This document shows, one piece after another, positions 22,001-29,186 of a stretch of 64,000 nt of DNA (its first letter is position 1; each line of letters opens with the position of its first letter). Made by a program: the position numbers and the translations under genes. Origin of the DNA: a virus; IMG/VR virus record IMGVR_UViG_3300021961_000021, one strand, 5' to 3'. Under the pieces are notes generated by a model that was given only the letters and a program-made list of their open reading frames with translations, made no database searches and had not been told where the DNA came from.

Positions 22001-22406
22001 CAACTCCGCTGCTCGTACTCAGGTATGAATCTCTATTGTTACTATTATATGCGATGTACAGTGGCACCGCACCACCAGGATTGCTCTTTGCTACCTGAAA
22101 ATAACGTCGTGCCTTCTGACGAGGTTCGTGATTATACGATCTAAAGTTATCCCAAGTGTCAGGAACATCTCTATCATTCTGATAGGTATGATCTTTTAAC
22201 TTGCCAGAATAGAAACGATGCACGGGTTTACGCTGTGCATTGCAATATGCCACACACGTTTGCTCTGGATCTCCAATATACCAAACTTCATCCTTACCAA
22301 ATTGATACGAACCAGGACCAGAATCTTGAATGTTAATATTCTGGTAATCGTCCGAATCAACTGGGTTCTCATAGGATCTACCAGTTTCGATGATATAAGC
22401 AGGCAC
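19032..22406 (-). CDS. 1,124-aa virion structural protein (baseplate-associated)
   Basis: Long ORF coupled to PAAR; has IINAGLGY/IQDAGAGY repeats like those in gp7. Confidence 0.7.
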   Translation of the reverse strand: MPAYIIETGRSYENPVDSDDYQNINIQDSGPGSYQFGKDEVWYIGDPEQTCVAYCNAQRKPVHRFYSGKLKDHTYQNDRDVPDTWDNFRSYNHEPRQKARRYFQVAKSNPGGAVPLYIAYNSNNRDSYLSTSSGVDRLGYIFTSAAAATASGILKSGENAVPLYEYIADFTAEGKGKDHFYTVDPGKEVNLEIVSGIEPPIDPMNQEYKYQGIIGYVMLGRGPRPKKRIIDVGSIKCTGEVDRSGWYGYNQWGWYGSQNNFSLQDYWRFHGETPGTTGWDINNVTILSTDAYFEHFWGKNGAVKAAVPRSLNFHDAFEGQIVYYLYDTSYPWNGPVYGINLITTTAPCCPSTYTQNNTCVPVWAYHTYDYQIKQSAWRTQKTHITVEVPDASPGAQESFWTAGTDDRILFFRYTSSSGFFAVGESINGWLISACRYFGDDMDCGYMELTSIQQNGLGNAFVYEQSYTSANGGEVVALAGYGIKDKAAFFGVYEFPKKVSYYRVNIDKNALIPERSLDSAIIEGRIGKNGKLKSVNIINAGLGYKNPQLAIELPDILRDQGFIDTAKNVNETFEDDLTPKIQLNLQDQNDFKVNDANFKEAASYVHNQKYVTESKFTGELKQAKLKAIIDAQGCIQDVIIQDAGAGYPANWNPKIVVVDRERDQRSDTFVGEGMKEWQKVLDSNLSRFGTNAQDANSILESNKNDMKDATTEFDHDINTDIIRGYITMTDIKADDKQRMCGDIIPNTCFQPNSGLGFADWAQYWDREQLFKNLTLGNPNWNENNNILDNFWNSSSPNARTFDRYMSSGMAGIYNGGCIEIQQANLYSVRRFFDIPCPYVSYDADGQETVYGYLPFKYCASKKEKIQLRVSMSIEGDVSGAGASVNTAFMNFLKSLPAPAVTKPRKVTDPGTGRKKKTHKCKRGDQQGKCYKTGPGQYAFIPIGGDENTFDYGLNNMSELEQLETWIGPNNYNTYVGTFFTQTQVDAQGQPTGITYGGATTNGELPYNTIKLKTCSGGKFPNPCWHNFVTDGVLQVSAGYDCNGNKITSDDICTGSPFVGCAALDEVIHAAIAIDPGLINDDNYIELGAYEGTFTYRNWSTASAMLLDDSLNNYGNPYFDECDLTY

Positions 22407-22407
22407 T

Positions 22408-22674
22408 CTATTCAGTAAGACGTTCTTCGATTTTATTTAGTCTATCGAACAGGATATCAAACAATTCCTTGAGATTACTGTACTCGGTATTACCAGGAAC
22501 CTTATACTGAATCATATCTGCCCCTCGCCCTAGCATCTGTTCAATGTTTGAAACACGCTGCGCAAGATTGGTACACGTCTTTGCAATCATCTCAAAGCGC
22601 CATTCATTCTCTTCTTCTTTATTTGCAAACGTAGGAATCTGCAAATCCTGGGGAATTTCAAAATCTTCTGCCAT
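22408..22674 (-). CDS. Hypothetical protein
   Basis: 88-aa ORF abutting both neighbours. Confidence 0.7.
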   Translation of the reverse strand: MAEDFEIPQDLQIPTFANKEEENEWRFEMIAKTCTNLAQRVSNIEQMLGRGADMIQYKVPGNTEYSNLKELFDILFDRLNKIEERLTE

Positions 22675-23210
22675 TAGAAATAATTTAAATTAAGGACAAT
22701 ACGAAACTTTTCATTCGTTGTAGATGTTCCAGCGTGTTCTGTGCCCACTGGAAACCTCACCAAGCGGTTTGCTTTTGATTCGACTCGTGTACCATCCTTA
22801 AAGAAGGTATATCCATCATTATCATTCAAGTACATAATCGCAGTCGTTGCTCCTGCAAACTCATCACTACCATACTCACCACAATCTGTATGATAGTCAT
22901 ACTCAATCAGATTGTCAGTATGATGATTTAGATTTGCTTTGATCCGAATCAGCGCCCGAGGTTGTAACGCATTCACAAGAGGCAGCACCGCTTCATAATA
23001 GGTGCTCTGTGGTTGACCACCTGTATAAAGGTAATTCACCATTTGCCAATTGTAAATCTCTTTTGCCTGCAGTTCAGGATCCACCATTCGTGCTACGTGC
23101 ATTACCTTTGCCATATTGACGAACCAAGGAAAGTCCTGTCCAGCAAGTGTACGATACATTGTATTGAAAACTTCATAATGTAAGAAGTTGTCCTGAATCT
23201 CAATTGTCAT
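22674..23210 (-). CDS. 2OG-Fe(II) oxygenase
   Basis: YHTD...YLNDNDGYT...NRLVRF...EHAG...RIVLNLNY gives the HxD...H...R pattern. Confidence 0.88.
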   Translation of the reverse strand: MTIEIQDNFLHYEVFNTMYRTLAGQDFPWFVNMAKVMHVARMVDPELQAKEIYNWQMVNYLYTGGQPQSTYYEAVLPLVNALQPRALIRIKANLNHHTDNLIEYDYHTDCGEYGSDEFAGATTAIMYLNDNDGYTFFKDGTRVESKANRLVRFPVGTEHAGTSTTNEKFRIVLNLNYF

Positions 23211-23258
23211 AGAATAGTTGCAACGTTCGCGGGGTAAACGGTTCAGATCCCCTTAGAT

Positions 23259-23414
23259 TTAATCACACGGTGGTCGATTGCCGTAGAGATTCAGTGCAGG
23301 AGAGATTTTTTTCAAAATTTCTTTACATTCATCCTCCTTGCCCTGCCGATTACATTGATAGTATCGAACAGCATCATAGATTAGGCGGATTTCCGCAGGG
23401 TTGATAAAATTCAT
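23259..23414 (-). CDS. Small hypothetical protein, 51 aa (not in track)
   Basis: MNFINPAEIRLIYDAVRYYQCNRQGKEDECKEILKKISPALNLYGNRPPCD; ATGA-coupled to the upstream ORF. Confidence 0.6.
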   Translation of the reverse strand: MNFINPAEIRLIYDAVRYYQCNRQGKEDECKEILKKISPALNLYGNRPPCD

Positions 23415-23581
23415 CGAGGGTTGTCAAATACACGTCGGAGAATCAATTCCTCATTGTCTTCAATATATTCCACGACTGTTCCAACATCCCATCCGAGATC
23501 TTGGAGAACTTCATCGGGAATTGTGAAATAAAGTTCGCCGTGTTCGTCTTCTTCGATAGTGGTGGTAAAGCGTCTACTCAT
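23411..23581 (-). CDS. AbrB/MazE-like small protein, 56 aa (not in track)
   Basis: MSRRFTTTIEEDEHGELYFTIPDEVLQDLGWDVGTVVEYIEDNEELILRRV has the I-P-xx-V-L-xx-L-G-W-xx-G swapped-hairpin pattern. Confidence 0.65.
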   Translation of the reverse strand: MSRRFTTTIEEDEHGELYFTIPDEVLQDLGWDVGTVVEYIEDNEELILRRVFDNPR

Positions 23582-23801
23582 AGTATTATATCCGAATCTT
23601 CGGTATATATGTGTGAACCTCTACGGGGAATTTTTTCCTGGGGAATTTTTTTTATATGGGGGGACCCGTAAAGTGAATTTGAATTCGTTCGATAATATGC
23701 CTGTCGGTATACTTTTGTAGGTTACACCAATATCGAATTTTAATATAGTCGATTATACTAACTGGTGCACTCAGTAAGCATCACCAGACCCCTCTAGAAT
23801 G

Positions 23802-23832
23802 CCCTGCAAGGTGTATCAAATGCCTTGCAGGG
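23802..23832. repeat. Perfect 10-bp inverted repeat with 11-nt loop
   Basis: CCCTGCAAGG-N11-CCTTGCAGGG in intergenic DNA. Confidence 0.85.
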
Positions 23833-23848
23833 TAGAGTATACCATAGA

Positions 23849-24040
23849 TCAAATGTTTACGTCATAGCATAGTCCTTCGACGATGAAATAATCACACAAT
23901 TGTTGATACTTACCAAAGCGGTCTTGATGATCAACATCGATGAGAAATTGCATCAATTCGATACACTCATCAGGTGGCAGGTTAGCATCATCGTACAGAT
24001 CAATGTACATCTGATACTTATTAGGAATACGTGTCAGCAT
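23849..24040 (-). CDS. Hypothetical protein
   Basis: 63-aa ORF overlapping the upstream stop. Confidence 0.65.
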   Translation of the reverse strand: MLTRIPNKYQMYIDLYDDANLPPDECIELMQFLIDVDHQDRFGKYQQLCDYFIVEGLCYDVNI

Positions 24041-24183
24041 TGTGTAGTATAATCGATGTCTAATTCGCCCAGAGAGGCATCATCGTAGTCTACATCATTC
24101 TCTATATCATCTGACTGATCTTCTAGCATTTCCTCTATCCAATCAGTGTGGTCGATAGATGATAGGAACTGTGCACTGTTCAT
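24034..24183 (-). CDS. Small acidic protein, 49 aa (not in track)
   Basis: MNSAQFLSSIDHTDWIEEMLEDQSDDIENDVDYDDASLGELDIDYTTQC; fills the gap between coupled ORFs. Confidence 0.6.
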   Translation of the reverse strand: MNSAQFLSSIDHTDWIEEMLEDQSDDIENDVDYDDASLGELDIDYTTQC

Positions 24184-24368
24184 TGATAGTATTCCTCAGA
24201 ATCAAATTGATAGTTCTTTCCCTGACGGTTAGTGTTACTATCTGTGCGATTGAATTGTTCATACTCAGTGTAGTTCGATTGTTTACGACTACCCTGTGCA
24301 CGTTTCTCTCGCAAACTCTTCGGGCGATTCGATCTATAATCGTCGTTCCGTTTGTATGTTCTACCCAT
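24180..24368 (-). CDS. Small basic hypothetical protein
   Basis: MGRTYKRND...; first ORF after a sigma70-like promoter. Confidence 0.7.
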   Translation of the reverse strand: MGRTYKRNDDYRSNRPKSLREKRAQGSRKQSNYTEYEQFNRTDSNTNRQGKNYQFDSEEYYQ

Positions 24369-24409
24369 TGGATTTGACTTCGATTGTCTCCTGTTTGGTT
24401 GACTTAAGT

Positions 24410-24438
24410 AATTTATACGAATTTGGGGAATCTGTCAA
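24410..24438 (-). promoter_or_regulatory. Sigma70-like promoter TTGACA-17-TAAATT
   Basis: Followed by ACTTAAGTCAACCAAAC, which resembles the leader of the repeated cassette. Confidence 0.55.
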
Positions 24439-24557
24439 GTCGTTGTGATACTATCTGAAGTGTCCCCTATGTGTTGACAAATGCTCGTTCGTGTGATAAC
24501 GTGCTAAGGTTACATCTCTCTGAGGGATTATACATTATTCCGCAGGTTTAGTATACT

Positions 24558-24580
24558 TTTTCCACAGGTATTGTGGAAAA
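24558..24580. promoter_or_regulatory. Inverted pair of DnaA-type boxes TTTTCCACA-ggtat-TGTGGAAAA
   Basis: Both arms match TTWTNCACA; lies in about 240 bp of non-coding DNA. Confidence 0.5.
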
Positions 24581-24614
24581 CATAAAATAACCAACTATGT
24601 TTTTTAAACCATTT

Positions 24615-24956
24615 TTAATCTGCGGAATTATCCCATTCTAAGTTACTATAATGGTCATTCAGTTTGTTACCATCTAGGTGGAATACATTTCTGTTGGGGT
24701 TATCAGTTGGATGAAATGCAGTTGCTGTTAATCTAGCAATGCGTCTAACTACAGTTTTGCCGTGCTGTCTGAGTGTAACTCTTCTGTATCCATTTTCGTT
24801 TAGATTAGTGGAGAGTTTTTTCCATCGACCATACTTAGCAGAGAAAACTTCACCTTGTTCGTTGATGTAGTATTCTTCGTAATTAGGGATAGGTTTGTAT
24901 AACGTTCCTTCGCTATCTTTGAACGTATTGTCGTTAATCTTGGTGAAGGCAATCAT
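24615..24956 (-). CDS. NUMOD4-HNH homing endonuclease-like protein, possibly C-terminally truncated
   Basis: YKPIPNYEEYYINEQGEVFS (NUMOD4-like) and HLDGNKLNDHYSNLEW (HNH_3-like); stop 5 codons after LEW. Confidence 0.75.
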   Translation of the reverse strand: MIAFTKINDNTFKDSEGTLYKPIPNYEEYYINEQGEVFSAKYGRWKKLSTNLNENGYRRVTLRQHGKTVVRRIARLTATAFHPTDNPNRNVFHLDGNKLNDHYSNLEWDNSAD

Positions 24957-24960
24957 TGTA

Positions 24961-25605
24961 TTAAAAGGGTGCTACATTGAAGGACAGAGCAATGCGATTT
25001 GTGTGAGATGATGATTCAAAACCGTGTTGAAGATTAGGTGGGTGAATGATAACATCTCCCTCATTATATGGCACGGTTGCATCTACTTGATTGAAGGCAT
25101 TTATCTCTGTATGATTGAGTTGAATGGAGGGGTAATGTGTGGATGAGATGTTACGTCGAAACTTGAGAATTGCGTGTTGAGTGAGATCGAAATTAACGTA
25201 ATATGTGCCACTGTAGATAACGTTTGAGTGTTCGTGTGGTGCATACATAGCGTTCTCTTGTCCGAGTTCTAGGTAACTATCAGCGAAGTTAATTTGTTGG
25301 AGATCGTATGCATATGCTTCTCGATTTGACTTTAGAACAGCGTCAGAGATCATCTCCTTAATAGGAGCAAACTGTTTCAACTCAAGTATATTGGGAGGAC
25401 CGATTTGCATTACGTTACGAGAGATCAACTCATTAGAGTTTGTGAGAGCATTAGCATTTCCTGCGAGGGATTCGATATAGTTGAGAATGATTTGTTTGTG
25501 TTCAATGTGATTGTCGTTGGTGTATCTTGCGACTGGATACATAAACAATCCGTAGACAGTTGCATCAGCAATGTTCTCAAAACCATCAGAAAGATTCGTC
25601 GTCAT
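24961..25605 (-). CDS. 2OG-Fe(II) oxygenase (HxH...SG.YY type)
   Basis: PHEHSNVIYSGTYY...HPPNLQHG...RIALSFN. Confidence 0.85.
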   Translation of the reverse strand: MTTNLSDGFENIADATVYGLFMYPVARYTNDNHIEHKQIILNYIESLAGNANALTNSNELISRNVMQIGPPNILELKQFAPIKEMISDAVLKSNREAYAYDLQQINFADSYLELGQENAMYAPHEHSNVIYSGTYYVNFDLTQHAILKFRRNISSTHYPSIQLNHTEINAFNQVDATVPYNEGDVIIHPPNLQHGFESSSHTNRIALSFNVAPF

Positions 25606-25623
25606 TGATATATTTTAGAGTAC

Positions 25624-25649
25624 AAAAAAGAGGGGGATTTGATTCCCCC
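25624..25649 (-). terminator. Rho-independent terminator
   Basis: Minus strand GGGGGAATCAAATCCCCC followed by TCTTTTTT. Confidence 0.65.
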
Positions 25650-25676
25650 CCAGTATATATCGTTTGATTTGAGATG

Positions 25677-25835
25677 TCAACTATGCGCGGAGATGTATGC
25701 ATCCAGAGTATAACCACGATGCAGAGATTTCATTTTCTCGTGATTACGATTCGTGGATTTGTTGTTGAAGAGTATCACTCGCACTTGTGTAGTTTCTTTG
25801 CGAGAGATATTCAGTTGGCGTTGTTGACGGGACAT
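25677..25835 (-). CDS. Small hypothetical protein, 52 aa (not in track)
   Basis: MSRQQRQLNISRKETTQVRVILFNNK...; hand-translated. Confidence 0.5.
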   Translation of the reverse strand: MSRQQRQLNISRKETTQVRVILFNNKSTNRNHEKMKSLHRGYTLDAYISAHS

Positions 25836-25840
25836 TGTTC

Positions 25841-26005
25841 TCAGTTAGAGGTGGATTGAATCGTGTTACCTACGAAGTGAAATACCTCACCAGTGTTGTA
25901 ACGAACGCTAGGAAACACAAGAAATAGAACAACGTAGATGATTGCAAGGAATTTCACTTTCTTAGGATCAAGTTTCTTGAATGTGAGATGCTTACGTCGT
26001 GCCAT
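25841..26005 (-). CDS. Small membrane protein, 54 aa (not in track)
   Basis: MARRKHLTFKKLDPKKVKFLAIIYVVLFLVFPSVRYNTGEVFHFVGNTIQSTSN. Confidence 0.6.
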   Translation of the reverse strand: MARRKHLTFKKLDPKKVKFLAIIYVVLFLVFPSVRYNTGEVFHFVGNTIQSTSN

Positions 26006-26009
26006 TGTT

Positions 26010-26141
26010 TCAGAGAACGTATGCAGGAGAACCGCAGGATTTGTAGAATTCTACCATCGATTCTGCTTCACTCACAGTAGGAAACCACTGCTCACGCCAG
26101 ACTTGAGCGTAGGGGGAAAAGTAGCGGATGCAGGTACGCAT
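26010..26141 (-). CDS. Small early protein, 43 aa (not in track)
   Basis: MRTCIRYFFPYAQVWREQWFPTVSEAESMVEFYKSCGSPAYVL, preceded by an AAACAAACAAA leader. Confidence 0.65.
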   Translation of the reverse strand: MRTCIRYFSPYAQVWREQWFPTVSEAESMVEFYKSCGSPAYVL

Positions 26142-26189
26142 TTTGTTTGTTTGAGTGAGTGTTACTTAGGAAGGGAAAGTGTGGGGTGC

Positions 26190-26519
26190 TCAGTTAAGGC
26201 GCATACCAGAGAAGAAGGGCACAGTGGTGAAGTTATCACGACCGTTGTTGATAGTCACGAACCAATCACCTTGCTTCTGAAATACACGCTCACCGCCACA
26301 TCCGTTCGCTTCCAGAATAGCATTCAGACGGGATTTGGTGGTGTTAGTGCGCCAACCACCATCGAAAAGTTCAATCCAGGTCTCGCCAATGCGAGCGATC
26401 AGGTTACCGAACAGGAACACATCGCTGCAGTTGGTATAAGAAACGACCTCAGTGTTGTCGAGTTTGAAATCAACACCGTTAGCGATGGCGGTGTTCATTT
26501 GGCGTTCGATCTTGCGCAT
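26190..26519 (-). CDS. Early hypothetical protein
   Basis: 109-aa first ORF downstream of cassette 1. Confidence 0.8.
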   Translation of the reverse strand: MRKIERQMNTAIANGVDFKLDNTEVVSYTNCSDVFLFGNLIARIGETWIELFDGGWRTNTTKSRLNAILEANGCGGERVFQKQGDWFVTINNGRDNFTTVPFFSGMRLN

Positions 26520-26584
26520 TTGAGAGTAGAGAAGTGGTTTGAGGTGTGGAGGGCGGATCGGGTCGCTGTCCCCTCCACTTCCTT

Positions 26585-26642
26585 AAGATACCACCGCCAG
26601 GGGGTGCTAGGGGGGATTGGTGGACAGTTCGGAGACTGGCAC
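26585..26642 (-). promoter_or_regulatory. Early promoter cassette copy 1
   Basis: GTGCCAGT box, 44-nt spacer, then TG-n-TATCTT. Confidence 0.75.
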
Positions 26643-26651
26643 ACCTATTCT

Positions 26652-26843
26652 CTACATCGGGGGGTGATATAGACTATCATTCATAATCTCTCTGCACAGT
26701 TTAAATGATGCCCACTCTTCATCAGTAATGTTATCACTTGCATATGGAATTCCTACGCGATGTGCACACATTCTGTCGATCGATTCTTGCATCTGTTGCG
26801 TGGGTGTGAGTGTAACAAATGATGCGAGCAGGAGTTCAATCAT
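26652..26843 (-). CDS. Hypothetical protein with N-terminal hydrophobic segment
   Basis: 63-aa ORF coupled to the upstream ORF. Confidence 0.6.
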   Translation of the reverse strand: MIELLLASFVTLTPTQQMQESIDRMCAHRVGIPYASDNITDEEWASFKLCREIMNDSLYHPPM

Positions 26844-26998
26844 TTGGATGCACAGTAAGATGGATCAATGCGACACATTTGCGCGTGTTGGTTATCTATG
26901 ACGCGGAACATTTCCTCATCACGGAAAGCACAAAATACGTTCCAACCAACAACAGCAGCAATTCCAAGTATCAGAGCGGCAGTATAACGTGCAGGCAT
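26840..26998 (-). CDS. Small membrane protein, 52 aa (not in track)
   Basis: MPARYTAALILGIAAVVGWNVFCAFRDEEMF...; ATGA-coupled. Confidence 0.55.
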   Translation of the reverse strand: MPARYTAALILGIAAVVGWNVFCAFRDEEMFRVIDNQHAQMCRIDPSYCASK

Positions 26999-27003
26999 TA
27001 TGT

Positions 27004-27246
27004 TCAACCCTTGAAGTAGTAATCGACTTCCTCTTGAGTGAGAACTTCTTCCACGAAATCCACTACATCATCACCGAAATGGTTAGATACATCTTCAGCG
27101 AGTTCCAGATCACTATACTCAGTGAGATTCTCGCAGATCACATCATATGCAAATTGCATCAGAGTTTTAGTATCCATACCGTCCACAATTTGCTCAGCAA
27201 ATGCTTCAATCAGATCGGTGCGGCGGTTAGTGTCGAGTTGGGGCAT
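27004..27246 (-). CDS. Acidic hypothetical protein
   Basis: Likely start MPQLDTNRRTDL at 27246 after an AC-rich leader (track starts at 27306). Confidence 0.65.
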   Translation of the reverse strand: MPQLDTNRRTDLIEAFAEQIVDGMDTKTLMQFAYDVICENLTEYSDLELAEDVSNHFGDDVVDFVEEVLTQEEVDYYFKG

Positions 27247-27289
27247 TTTAGGTGTTTGTGTTGTTGTTGTTGTGTGTGTGTTTAGTATA

Positions 27290-27607
27290 TCAGACGGTGC
27301 GCTCATCTGTCACCTGATCTTCTACACGATAGTAGAGAGATTCAGAGACAGAATTGATATATTGGAGCACACTCAGTGTAACTTTGCCGAGTTGTTCTTT
27401 GCCACCGTTAGCATACCACTCACGGGTGCTACGGTAGACATAAGAAACCACACCGACAATAAATGCAGCGATGGTGGCAATGTTGAGCAGCAAAGAGTTC
27501 ACAAACGGTTGCTCAACGATAGCATCAACTTTGTCAGAGATTTGCTGTTGAATGTTGTTCATTTGAATGTTGAGATTGTGTTGTGCTTGTGCGTAAATAG
27601 CAGTCAT
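27290..27607 (-). CDS. Hypothetical membrane protein
   Basis: Likely start MTAIYAQ at 27607; one hydrophobic helix (IATIAAFIVGVVSYVY). Confidence 0.6.
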   Translation of the reverse strand: MTAIYAQAQHNLNIQMNNIQQQISDKVDAIVEQPFVNSLLLNIATIAAFIVGVVSYVYRSTREWYANGGKEQLGKVTLSVLQYINSVSESLYYRVEDQVTDERTV

Positions 27608-27614
27608 TTTGTTA

Positions 27615-27800
27615 TCAGAAAGGGTTTGTCCAGTTGTTGTACTGATTCTCAGTGATGTATCCCTCTTTACAGAGTGCATCAGTGAAATCATTCCACTCAG
27701 TACGCTTCCAAACAATGTCATTCTTGAGTTTAGGATAGGCGATGCAAGTTGCCTTCCAATTGTGACGGAATTGCTCAAGAACTTGTGCTTTGGTTGCCAT
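27615..27800 (-). CDS. Early hypothetical protein
   Basis: MATKAQVLEQFRHNWK...; first ORF after cassette 2. Confidence 0.75.
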   Translation of the reverse strand: MATKAQVLEQFRHNWKATCIAYPKLKNDIVWKRTEWNDFTDALCKEGYITENQYNNWTNPF

Positions 27801-27815
27801 TGGTGTGATCTCTTG

Positions 27816-27882
27816 GACTCTTTAAGTATTGCACCTCTAGGGGTGCTTTGGGGGGTTTGGTGTGCACCTTGCAGACTGGCAC
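27816..27882 (-). promoter_or_regulatory. Early promoter cassette copy 2
   Basis: GTGCCAGT, 44-nt spacer, TG-c-AATACT TAAAGAGTC; 47 bp identical to copy 3. Confidence 0.8.
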
Positions 27883-27883
27883 A

Positions 27884-28015
27884 CTATTTGTTTTGTTTGT
27901 CGAGTTCTTGCTGTTTAATCACCTCACGTTCACCGTCGAGGTAATTAAACCGTGGAGAATACAGGACAAAGAATAACCAACCAAATGCAGCAGATATGAT
28001 AAGAAACTCAAGCAT
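27884..28015 (-). CDS. Small membrane protein, 43 aa (not in track)
   Basis: MLEFLIISAAFGWLFFVLYSPRFNYLDGEREVIKQQELDKQNK. Confidence 0.55.
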   Translation of the reverse strand: MLEFLIISAAFGWLFFVLYSPRFNYLDGEREVIKQQELDKQNK

Positions 28016-28199
28016 CTACCAGATACTCCATAAACAACCACTCGTAAGTGCCATCTTGAGGATCTTTGCCATCGATGACCCACTCAGTGTAGATTGCATC
28101 AGAATAATCTATATTATTGTTTGCACAGTGCTCTTCAAGACGTGCACAATAATGCTCGGCAACGTTATCAATGATTTGCTCTTTGAGTTGGTCAGACAT
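28008..28199 (-). CDS. Hypothetical protein
   Basis: 63-aa ORF. Confidence 0.65.
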   Translation of the reverse strand: MSDQLKEQIIDNVAEHYCARLEEHCANNNIDYSDAIYTEWVIDGKDPQDGTYEWLFMEYLVDA

Positions 28200-28203
28200 T
28201 AGA

Positions 28204-28344
28204 TTACGGGAGGTAATTTTCGGGAGAAAGGCAACGCTCTTGTGCAGCGTTTTGCCAGTATTGGAGTTGTTTTTCTGTGTTATCTAGTTTGTTACTGATG
28301 AACACAGAATAACAAACTAGACCTACAACTAGAAGAAACTTCAT
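28204..28344 (-). CDS. Small protein with N-terminal hydrophobic segment, 46 aa (not in track)
   Basis: MKFLLVVGLVCYSVFISNKLDNTEKQLQYWQNAAQERCLSPENYLP; TGATG-coupled. Confidence 0.55.
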   Translation of the reverse strand: MKFLLVVGLVCYSVFISNKLDNTEKQLQYWQNAAQERCLSPENYLP

Positions 28345-28565
28345 CAGCAACACACCATCACTTTAACACGGGGCAGAGTATGAAACTTGGTGACAGTGTA
28401 CCCATAGTTGTTGATACGAGAGTTTGCTTCATACTCCATATCTTTCTTGGAAATCAGACGCTCAGACATCTCTTTACCATCGAAAGATGTGACCTGCACA
28501 AACTTATCAGTGAGACCCGCTGCAGGATAGAAATCGACTTGCATTGCGCCTTGAATGAGTTGCAT
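28344..28565 (-). CDS. Early hypothetical protein
   Basis: Likely start MQLIQGAMQVDFYP at 28565, with a GAGG RBS after cassette 3. Confidence 0.7.
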   Translation of the reverse strand: MQLIQGAMQVDFYPAAGLTDKFVQVTSFDGKEMSERLISKKDMEYEANSRINNYGYTVTKFHTLPRVKVMVCC

Positions 28566-28581
28566 TTGACCTCGTTTGTTT

Positions 28582-28648
28582 GACTCTTTAAGTATTGCAC
28601 CTCTAGGGGTGCTTTGGGGGGTTTGGTGGACAGTTCTCAAACCATCAC
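28582..28648 (-). promoter_or_regulatory. Early promoter cassette copy 3
   Basis: GTGATGGT, 44-nt spacer, TG-c-AATACT; 28582-28628 is identical to 27816-27862. Confidence 0.8.
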
Positions 28649-28912
28649 AAGACGGGGCGCAGGTTGCACATCGAAACGACCAAGATGATCGAGACTCACA
28701 GATGCATTGGGGGGCAAGATACTGAGATCATCTCTCACTTGCCACCAGTTATCACCCTCAGCGATAACAACGAAACCAAACACACCTGCGGTTGGCATCA
28801 TAAACAAACCGTGCTTTTCTGCCTGTTTAGCAGTAGCAAACCCACGAGCAGTAATAGACCACCACTTGTCAGATTGTCCGCCACCGAAGTAGACACAAAT
28901 GAAGTCAGTCAT
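28637..28912 (-). CDS. Hypothetical protein
   Basis: 91-aa ORF. Confidence 0.65.
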   Translation of the reverse strand: MTDFICVYFGGGQSDKWWSITARGFATAKQAEKHGLFMMPTAGVFGFVVIAEGDNWWQVRDDLSILPPNASVSLDHLGRFDVQPAPRLVMV

Positions 28913-28962
28913 TTAGTAAAGAACCAGAGAACGATTAGTGAACCAATGAGTACAGTTGTCAT
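28909..28962 (-). CDS. 17-aa hydrophobic micro-ORF (not in track)
   Basis: MTTVLIGSLIVLWFFTK; TGATG overlap upstream and ATGA overlap downstream. Confidence 0.45.
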   Translation of the reverse strand: MTTVLIGSLIVLWFFTK

Positions 28963-29186
28963 CAGTAGTGATACTCAGAAACATCAACGAGATCGACATA
29001 CTTAGCGATGCCATCATAGCAACGCTTCTTCATCTCATCATCACAATCTTGAATATAACCAGTCAGAAACTCAAAGCAGTATTTGATACGCAGTTCAGGA
29101 GCGATTGCATCGAGTTTCTGTTGCTTACGCTGCTGATAGGAGAACATCTCACGGTCAGCGAAGGACATTGTTTGGAGAGGATGCAT
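28962..29186 (-). CDS. Early hypothetical protein
   Basis: Likely start MHPLQTMSFADREMF at 29186 after cassette 4. Confidence 0.7.
   Translation of the reverse strand: MHPLQTMSFADREMFSYQQRKQQKLDAIAPELRIKYCFEFLTGYIQDCDDEMKKRCYDGIAKYVDLVDVSEYHY

Noticed and set aside
25938-26672. 244-aa + strand ORF and similar + ORFs in the early region
   Set aside because: Antisense to promoter-driven, translationally coupled minus-strand genes.
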